NCBI GenBank assembly: GCA_951406725.2
Contig: OX597814.1
Span: 147,436,001 to 147,500,000 of the forward strand
DNA from: Octopus vulgaris
Lineage: Eukaryota
Reading direction: 5' to 3'
Length of the DNA: 64,000 nucleotides
Each line of letters opens with the position of its first letter. Position 1 is the first letter of the stretch. Of this stretch, positions 52,951 to 64,000 are shown one piece after another. The notes beneath the pieces were generated by a model, which saw only the letters and a list, made by a program, of their open reading frames with translations, was not told the origin of the DNA and did not search any database. The position numbers were made by a program, and so were the translations under genes.

Positions 52951-55707
52951 AACACTGGAACGCACGCACAAATATGTATGCGTGCACGTGTATGAACAAT
53001 AAAGATATAAAGCAAAGGGTGTATTTAATGTCATGATCCAACATTAATGATCTAAGCGTTTGTTGGGAGAAACTTATTTGTCGTTTTCATCGCTACATGC
53101 TATCTCTTTTGTTCTATTATGCTACAAATGCAAATGCTTATTATTGGTTGAAAAATCAGCAAACTCACTAACATATCTCTCAAGCTTCCAACGACGGGAT
53201 ATTCTATGTAGTCACACGGCCTGCTGAAAATAACAGCTATTTTTCCATAAATAACAAACTAATATCATGCAGAATTTGTTTTAGACACACATTTTTGATT
53301 AATGTAATAAATATCTGGACAAATTCAAGAACGACGCATGGGTTGTGGGCGTAATGCTTTTCATAGATCTAAAGAACAAGTTTTTCCTGGTGCTAACCAG
53401 CAGCAGCATTATACCTAACCATTAAAGAAGCCAAGAACGCTAAGTGAAATATAATTCTTTCTTTTCTTAATCAAGAGAAATTTATTTCTCACTACACTTA
53501 TTTTACCTTTTCTTACACGTATAGTGTTATTATTGATATTCATCATTATGGTTACTGTTTTCTTTAATTTTCATATTTTATTTGGTGGGGCTGAAGAGGG
53601 TGATTTAAAAGAACTTTATCACAGCTTCGCGTCTACTTCGTCACGAACGTTTCATCAAGAACGTTTATCAATAAATTTATGTCTTCTTATCTCTAATCTC
53701 TTCATACTCTACGCGAACAAAATGGCTACTTATATCCGTTTATCTCTCTTTATTTTTCCTCTTACGTTTCTTCCTCTGCCATTTTCTCCGTATACATATA
53801 TTTATTTATCTCTTGCTGAAATTATTCAAAACTTTCTCTTGTCAGTAGTAATTATCGTAGGTTACTTCAATTTGCTTTAACACTCCTTCAATCTTTGACA
53901 TTGCTCCACTGCAAACTAGAAATGTTTATTAGTCCTGAGTATCACACAACATCTATATATATATATTATTCTCCTCACATTTATAAAAGCCGACATATTA
54001 CGCAACATTCTCATCCTATTCATAACTCATTCAATATGCTTCATGTAATAACTTCCCATTTACATTCACTCGTAGATAGGAAAGCAAACCACATTGCCAC
54101 TCATATGATAAAAATACCATAATTTACGTTATATCTAAGTTTTCATAGCGCCTAATTGGTGATGGTTTTGCTACATCACCACTAAATACTTTGCTGACAG
54201 ATATAATTTAAAGTGATATTCCATATCAGTATCGAGCATTCCGTTACGTATGACAACTACCTTAGGCTTGTATTCAAGCTATTAACTCGTTTATGTGCGA
54301 TATTCTTACATTCCCTTCTCTTACTAGCAATTAGTGGTTATGCTGAAGACACAAAAGTCCTAATATAACTGCATACGTATGATAAAATGTTAGCCATTTT
54401 GTGAAGACAAATGGTGCTTGACGGGCAATTATTTTATTGACACGAGCGATGAATGGCAAAGCTTATACGGACCAGTAGTAAAAATAGTACGTAATGGGTC
54501 GAAACCAAAATTCTGTATGGCTTAAGGTCACGGCACCGGAGTTCTGTTTGTGTGCATATGATTCTGTTTATTTCTTCTAATTTTATACATTAAATATTCA
54601 AATATTCTGCGATAAAGTGGCAATTGCCCTTTATTCTTGTCTTAAACATAAGGCTCATAGTACCAGCACACTAAACCAATTACATAATACTTCGTTAGTT
54701 TCACGTCAAGTTTTGCCTGTCCAAATATACATTCAGTTTTCTTCCCGATTTTGATGATCTAAGAGCCTAAGAAATCACTATAAGTTTGTGGTAGTCATGT
54801 GAGTCAAGTAGAGATATCCTAAATGGTCTTTAGACTGACTAAAGCTGTCAGTCAAATTGCTAATAACCAGCTCGTTACACAGCGAGAAATAAATTAAGAC
54901 ATGACGCAGTGGTTTAAGTAATTTCTATACACCTTAACATAACAGATGGTCACGATGAGAATGTGTGTCATTGTAGGCCTATTTTATCAGGGTTGACTCG
55001 TAGCTAGACGATAAGTAAAGTGATGAAAGCAAAAACACAAGCTGCATGGGGGGCAGGGAGCAATTTTCATTAGATTAATGTCTCATTTTGTTATTTTATA
55101 GTAGCAGAATAATCATTATCTCAACTGGTAAACAAAATCTTTTTTTTTTTGGTTGAGGAAGTGAGAGCAGCGGTCTTTGTAATCAAAAGTCACTCTCGGG
55201 CTATTAAAAACAATTTAGTCATGTCCAGCTTAAAATTATGCAGGCTGAACAATTGAAAGAATTGTGGATATTAATGGTTGTACATGCTAGAGGTTTGAAT
55301 GTCTAATGAGGAAGAATGTGTAGAATGTATAGCCCAACGCGTTCTATGACAAATAATAGGATGAGAAACTTGTTTATCAGGAAGTCTTTTGGTGAAGACG
55401 ATATCATGATAACACGTGCTTAGGAAGCTGAGGCTATTTGCCAGTGCAGAAACCGGTCGACGTGAGTCCAAATACTTGAATTTATGCTGTGAGATTGTCT
55501 CAGCCCATTTGCCTTCGGACGGTTGATTTCTGTAGTTATTATCAGTGTATTTTGACGATTTAAATAAGAATTTTGACAGTTATTTCCAGCAGGTAGAATA
55601 TTTAGTATGTCCTTGGATTAATTTTAATCATTCAGTTATTTAATGCTTTGTGGTGGTAGTGGGCGCTGCAATCGCCTATATTATTGATTCTGTTATTATA
55701 ATTTTTA

Positions 55708-55895
55708 AATTACGGAGGTGTACTCGCATAGCAAGTGATTTGATCTGAGATCGTGTGCTGGAACGAAAACAATTGCAGCGTGGAAGGTGTTTGTAAGCCA
55801 TTTAAGAAACACACAAAAGCCGTTCGATTCACTTCAACATTTAACTTTAATATTTTCGTCGCTAAAATCCGCGACCTGTTCACTGACAAAAATCT
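55708..55895 (-). mobile_element. Probable Penelope-like pseudo-LTR relic with variant hammerhead core
   Basis: The minus strand reads TTTTGTCA-GTGAACA-G-GTCGC-GGATTTTA-GCGAC-GAA-AATATT-A (55848-55891). Confidence 0.45.
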
Positions 55896-56322
55896 GTGCT
55901 GCATCTGAGAAAGTAACAGTTAGTTCGTCATATATATGTACGTATGTATGTGTGTATGTATGTATACACGCATGTATGCATGTATGTATGTACGTACATA
56001 CGCCTGTGTATGTATGTATGTATGTATGTATACATGTATGTGTGCGTATATGCACGCACATACACACTATAAACATAAAGCTATAAACCTGTAGTGATGG
56101 ATGATGTAGACTGACCACTCATCACAATAATATCAAATTTCAACCTCCCCCGCCGAAACTAGGAAGTGATTTACGACCCTCACCCACCCCCCCCGAAAAC
56201 AAAACCCTAAAACCTATTATCAGACATTTATCTCTATATCACAGAACTTTTGTTTTACTATTACTTGTATTTTTTCCCTCCCTACAACTAGTTAGTTCAG
56301 GTCAAATATATATACGTATGTA

Positions 56323-56353
<31 letters not shown>

Positions 56354-59300
56354 ATGCATGTGTGTATGTACATACGTACACATGTGCGTATGTATGTATA
56401 CGCGCACGTATGCATGCGCCCATGTATGTGTGTGCGTACATGTACGTGCGTATGTACGTGTGTATGCCCATACGTAGGTATGTATGTATGTTTGTATTCA
56501 TGTGCTACGTATGTATGTGAGTGTCTAGGAGAATGGGCAGACGCGTCTGTGAGAGTGTGTACATGTGTATGTGTATGTGAACGTATGTCCGTGTACTGGT
56601 ATGTGTCCGTCCAAGTTGTGTACATGACTGTTACTTTGTTGAAGGTTGTATATATACTCACATATATGTTTGTATAGACGCACACACACACATATATATA
56701 TGTGTGGGTGTGTGTTTGTATAGACGCACACACATATATATATATGTGTGTGGGTGGGTGTTTGTTCCTCTCATCACCGTCTATATGTGAATGGATACAA
56801 CGTTTAGGTGCAACTGTGCACATATGACCATACCCATATACGCAAGTACACACAATCATATAAACACACTCATAAATATACATATAATCTTAAACTACTC
56901 GTATATATTTCTAATCCACTTCTACGTACATATGTCCCATTACACACATACACACACACGCATACACACACGCATAAACATACATACACACACCTACACA
57001 CACATGCATACAAAATCCGACACAGTATTTTATATTTATATACTCTTACTCTTTACTCTCTTTTACTTGTTTCAGTCATTTGACTGCGGCCATGCTGGAG
57101 CACCATGCAACAATTTTTAAATTGTTACACTAGATAATAAGAGAGTCAATGTTATCTTCGCAAATTATATTTTCGTGACTTATTTATTCTCTTGAATTAT
57201 TTGCTCCGTATTGAAATTATATGTGTATGTGTGTGTGTGTGTGTGCGTGCGCGCGCGCGTGTGTGTGTGTGTAAGATTAACACCAAAAATGATATTATAG
57301 TAAAGGTTAATCTCGAAAGATCTACTTGCAAGTTTACAATCCAATAGAAAGAAAACTGTACAATAGAGTTTTTATTGGTCGGTGAGTGAATCTCAGTTAA
57401 ATGGAATATGTTGCACCAGTTTCAATTTTTATAGCCCGCTGTGATGTGTATATGCATGTACTTTAATAGACGTCTCGCATAAACCTAGTGCAGTTTGAGT
57501 AAACTGAAGAACTTCAGATTTTTTTTGCACCGAAGAGGTTTTGTCTTTGTGATGCTCTTAGGTACTTGGGTGTCTGTTGCTAATGAAGCGCAATTTAAGA
57601 TAACATCATGTGATCCAAAATTTCCATCTACAGGTGTTGCTAAAATTTCAACAACAAATAAAATTTATTCTTTTTAGCACTTAAGAGATGATTTGTAAGG
57701 ACGATTACCGAAGTCTATGGCGTTCTTAACAACATAGTGGATATGTAAATTAATACTTGTTTTCTTACTGTTTGGAGTATTTAGTTTCTTGTTAGAGGGG
57801 ACCACATTATTATGTTAATTTTTGAATAATTTCAATAAAAGATCGTTCATGGAACCTGTGCAATACCAACATGAATCACAAATGTTATATTAGGATTATG
57901 CTAATGCTAAAAGTATTACGTAGAGCATGCAAGCAAGTTAGCCTCACCTTAGTGACCCAAACTTTAAGAAACAGGGTATGATGGTAATATTGATAAAGTA
58001 TTTTATCATAAGTTTATTCTTTAAGGACTAACCAGGGACAAATAGTACTTCAGTGTAGGAGGGTTGAAGATCGTTTCCATATAATTGTGTTGGGGGATAA
58101 CTGTATATATAGTTAATATATAGTAAATAACAGCTAGTGACATAGTTAAATGAGCCATATGGAAATTGAATGAAGTCACTTTAGAGGAGGATTTGTATAT
58201 TCGTTGCAATGAACTTCTCAAAAGTCAAACCTGGAAAACAAGAGGCTTCAAACGGATATCGAAACCGTGCAGCAGTTTCAATGCACCAGAAACATGAAAA
58301 CATGTCACTTGGCTTGCAAACCTAAGCAGAAAACTGCAATGTGTAGTGTTGAAGTAATCATGTTTGCAAGGACGAAAGTTTTGATGGTGTCATTATATTC
58401 TATAAATATTAATTGATTTGATACAAGCCAAATAAAAATTAAATGATTATTAAAAAAGAAAACAAAAACAAGAACAGCAGTAGCAGCAAGAACAACAACA
58501 ACAATAATAATATTTCTCAAAACTTCGAGTATTTGTTAAATGGGATGGAGAAAATAATTGCAACGTATTATATGATTTTCTTTTTATTCTATGTTATTTA
58601 AATATATATATGTTTTATAATGTATTTTTATTTCATCATTCTTAAAGGAAATATTTTGTATTTAACGTTTTGTTATAACACTGATGTACTACCTCTAATT
58701 TTAAAATAGAGAATAAAGAAATAAACAAGAAAGGATCGGAAAGAAAGAGTAATGTAACGTAGTAGAACATTTGTCCGTTTTCTTTTTCTTTCGTCTTCAT
58801 TGATATCTGGAAGTCGTTTTCTCCAGATAGACTTGCACAGCTTCTGTTTACAGCCATAACATTAGTCGGCATTTTTTGACTGAGTTCAAGATTGCATTGT
58901 TAGTGAAATAATAATACTTATAATGCAAATAATAGAAGAAAATGAAGAAATAAAAATACATTGAATTCTCTAAAATACTCTAAAAAATTGCGCGAATACT
59001 GAAGAAAGAAGAAAAAAAAGTGGTATATGATATTGGAATTATGCTTCGGTGTGGATATTAAGACAAAGTCAACTGTTATAATTTAAAATCCACTCTTCGT
59101 ACCTTCTTTTTTAACATTCAATTATTTATTATTTTCGTAAGTGATTGTATCTTCGACTGTGTATTTATGAATTCATACGTGCTATGGATGTGTATGTGTG
59201 TGCACGCGTGTGTCTGCGTGTGCGTGCATGTGTGGTCATATAATTTTCTGATTTCTACACGAATAATTATATTCATGTATTTCCATGCCTGTTGCATGTT

Positions 59301-59529
59301 TGATTTTAGTTGTAGTCCCATGTGTAATCTCTTTCTCTCTCGCTCTCTCACACACACACACACATACACATACATGTACACAAACACTATCTTTCACACT
59401 CTTGCTGAAACACGCATACTTGTTCGCATTGACACAAAAAGACATGCACACACAAATGCATACATACACATATATGTGTGTATATATATATGGATATGGA
59501 TATATGGCTACTTAAATCACATCACTTAG

Positions 59530-59900
59530 CAGATGCCTTCACTGCTGTTGCAAATTTAAAAACCTACGATGACCTGGTCAGCTATCAACACTGCTGTAAT
59601 TGAAAGCATTCTTATTGTCTCTAATTCTGTAAATCCTTCTAAAAGAGACACCTCCAAAGAGACACCCTACTGTACTTCTGTTTATTTTGGCACATAATTT
59701 ACTGGCATTCCTCCTCTAAAAATCAAATGATTATATGCTAGAGTCTACAACAGTATGAAACATAAATACAACCTATAATTTCTTTGTTGAGGACCTAAGT
59801 ATCTATACTGTAAATATGCACAATTCTGAGAAAACAGCTGGATTTAATAACAGCGTATTTCGCTGTTATAGGGATGGAATTCATCCAAAAGAAGTGTTCA
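59530..59900 (+). pseudogene. Old R4/Dong-like RT relic (motifs 4-5)
   Basis: QRDTL..LLFILA...LAFLL and EDLSIY...LRKQLDLITAYFAVIGMEF parallel QGDSLSPLIFCIAL and DDLKLY...LLRTVKAFSDDIGMEF of the intact RT. Confidence 0.55.
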
Positions 59901-61662
59901 TAGTTAATAGCTCAATGTAGGAAGATTGCTTTTCTTTCCGAAAATATTTACTTCACCTCTGTGTTTCTCTTGTTCTACCCACTGAGAGATATACATCCTT
60001 AGGTATTGACAATATTGTAGCATTCAAAAGTCATGTGAAAAAATTAGAACGACTGCCATGCTACTGTATCTTTCGGAACATTTCCCTTACAAGTTCATAT
60101 TCTGTAGTGTACTACAAACATTTCCATTTCATTATTATTAACAGCCACACAGTCCTATTCTCAACAAGAATCTTCCAGAGAAATAGTGATTTTTGATGCA
60201 ACTTCTGCCAATATGGTGTATTAAAATCATAGTTTGTGAAAAACAATCAAAATACGCTAATCTCTCAGGATTTTTCCAATGGCATTTTGTATCCGTATAC
60301 ACTTTTACGTGTACTTATAATTATATGTATTTATATGAGTGTTTCATATAAACAACGAAAAGTGAAGCATTTGCTAATATCTCTCCCAATGCTTATGTCT
60401 AGAATGGCTGCGTTCTAGTGTTCAGACTATTTTTCGTGCTTGTTGAAATTTAGCTCTTGGATGTTTCTGGGATATTTTACTTTCTTTACTTCATGTGAAT
60501 TCTTACAACGAGTTGTAGATGTCCGCTGTGTATCGTAAACTTAAGTCTTGCAATCTCTTCATTCCCTAATGTTGCGACTTAGTCCACCACGAACGTGGGT
60601 AGAAAGAGAAGAATTATTACTGCCTTCATTATTTACACAATTTGGATTATGTACAGTGAAAGAGTATTTCTGTAGTAAGTAACACAGTATGGTAGTTTGT
60701 TCGATGATTATGCGTCTTTGCATGCATTATGTAATATATCCCATTGCTTTTACCAAAGAAACGTTCATAAAGGGATATTTTGAGTAAGTACATGTGTGCT
60801 TCGCCACTCTTCTTTAAGATCTCTAGTAAATCTTCGATTGAACATATACTAAATTTCTCTGGGGTGTGTTATTTGATAATGTAATATACTTGTAGTGTGA
60901 CCTCATGTGTTAGTGGATGCTATTGAATTTCTTTGCAAGGAAAACCGCTGTTTTGTTAGTTTATTTTCACTACTTAGCAAATACACGCTGGGAAGATATA
61001 TTTTTCTTCCATAAAATGATGAGATCCTATATGTGCACTCACTTGCAAGAATTTATTCAGTTTCAATATTTAGTTAGGAGTTATTGTCCTAAAATGCATA
61101 ATAAAATGTATTGCACCATTAACGAACACTAACAAATAACATAATAATGATTTATATGCAGTATACAAATTTAGTTGCTGACGTATGTGATGTTAACTTC
61201 ATGTCTCCGAGTATTGTATTTGCTCGGCAAGAGTAGACATTTTGATGTTTCTAGTGTAAATGTGATCGTTAAGATAAACGGCTACCTAGTGAGACCTGAC
61301 TCCTCATTTACCGGTTCCATTGTAGAAACGTAAATATTAAGTCTAAAATATAAATTTGGTTGAAAGACATGCTTTATCTCTTGGTAACAATTGTATGTGA
61401 AACGAAGAGAATATTCACCAGGTAGTTGAACGAATTTCAATGGATTCCACTCGCTAATAATTTTACAAAGCATGGAATCTCTAATTGAATAAAGCTTCAG
61501 ACAAGAATCAACTAATCATAGAAGGTTTAATATGAGCAGATTTCTTTCAGACGAAAGAAGTTTTACATGCAAAACACAGAATACACTAGCGTTAGGATAC
61601 CGAAATAACATATAAGATGTGTGAGTGCGTTCGTGTGTGTGTCTGTGTGTGTGTGTGTGTGT

Positions 61663-61699
<37 letters not shown>

Positions 61700-62457
61700 T
61701 GTGTGTGTGTCTGTGTGTGTGTGTGTGTGTAAATGTGAATGTGAGCATGTGTGAACGAAATCGACGACAGGCAATCGTCCGTAATATTTGTTTACTCTTT
61801 AATCTCACACTACAAGCGTAAAAAAATACACGACTCAGATAATTTATGAAATTATAGAAATTACAATATTATTAAATGTCTAAATTTGTTCGGGTCAGAA
61901 GAAATGTATCTCTTTATAGAGAGTTGGAAATATGAAGTCTATAGTTCTTCGACATTGCGACACGATTGTTGCTTTTGTTATGAAAGGATGCTATTGTTTG
62001 GCATTGAAATTGATGTGCTGGACACATGCTAGTTGTCGGGAGATCTTGAAGTAATGCGTTTTCCCAAACTTGAATAATTTTACAACTGTTCTGAATACTC
62101 TGGCTGCAATTACAATAAGAATATTTGTTCGGTTAAATGACACCATCCTAAAAAGGGTTAGCTGCCGTGGTGCATTCAACTTAACTACGAAATGAAATCT
62201 TCGTTCAAACGGTAGGTCGTAGAAATTTCTTCTTGATTCAGACCAATAATATATGTCTACATAATGTAATATAATCTTCAGCTATACAGCTAGGAGAGTT
62301 AAGCCAAAGCGTACATTCAACAGTAAGTGAAATATTACCAAATTACTCAAGTTTATAAAATTTAGAATATTCTCCAATTACGGACACAAATATAACTATC
62401 TTTCTACTCAGGAAAGGCCGAACAATCGAAATAATATTACATATTGTAGCTTTTCCC

Positions 62458-63329
<872 letters not shown>

Positions 63330-64000
63330 TGGTATATATTAATATTTCTAGAAACAAAGCTGAAGTATTTAATAATAATCTATCTAAAACTTTGTCCTTC
63401 GTGATTCCAATAAAACTAAGAGAAAGAAGTATCACTGGGATACAGCCAAATATTGCTGTCTTTAGCATGTACACTATATTTTACAATAATGAAAAGACAG
63501 AATCCCATCTTCGAAACGTAAGTATTGAAAATAATAGAAATCATTTTCGGCTGGAAATAACAATATATTTTCTGGAATGGCTTTTCTACAGACTGAATGA
63601 GAAACCAGCGTCAGAGAAAATGAAGGATAGGGTCAGACTGAAATAATATATTAATCATCATATCGTCAGTTCGCTGATGATTACAACTTTTTATCTCAAT
63701 ATTATAGATGAGATATTGTTTTGTTCTTTGTTTTGCCTGTAGTACTTCTTTCCTTCTTGACACTTTTAAGCACCATAAATATCATCAAATTGCTCTCTAA
63801 GACAGACATCACGAGCTACCAATGTCAATAGAATGGTCTACAGTTATTGCATTACTTATGTGAATGTGTATATATGTGTGTGTATGTGTGTGCGCACGTG
63901 TCAGTATGAATACAGAACTGTATAGAAAGATGTCCGCATACTGTATTATGCAGACTTTTATAACATATAACTTAATATAAGTGATAAATAAATAATGAAT

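Overview
This is AT-rich eukaryotic non-coding DNA, dense in microsatellites ((TA)n, (CA)n, (TAA)n, (GATA)n, (TATG)n). The SINE types and repeat landscape resemble an octopod cephalopod genome; that is an inference. I found no host protein-coding gene, RNA gene or CRISPR array, and almost all ORFs in the track are microsatellite artefacts. The largest feature is a near-full-length R4/Dong-clade non-LTR retrotransposon on the minus strand (~45633-49333). It has RT, CCHC and restriction-like endonuclease domains, carries three lesions, and sits in a (TAA)n tract. At least five other Dong-like fragments and a ~580-bp non-coding element are present, most of them in or beside TAA tracts. Other elements: a HERO-like RLE retrotransposon relic, a CR1-like LINE fragment, a decayed Helitron RepHel gene, a non-autonomous Helitron, a Tc1/maT relic, a rearranged mariner, a Merlin-like MITE with telomeric repeats, and many tRNA-derived SINEs. 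Several fold-back palindromes carry Penelope-type hammerhead ribozyme motifs; the one at 40457-40501 is essentially intact. All family assignments come from motifs read by eye, not from database searches.
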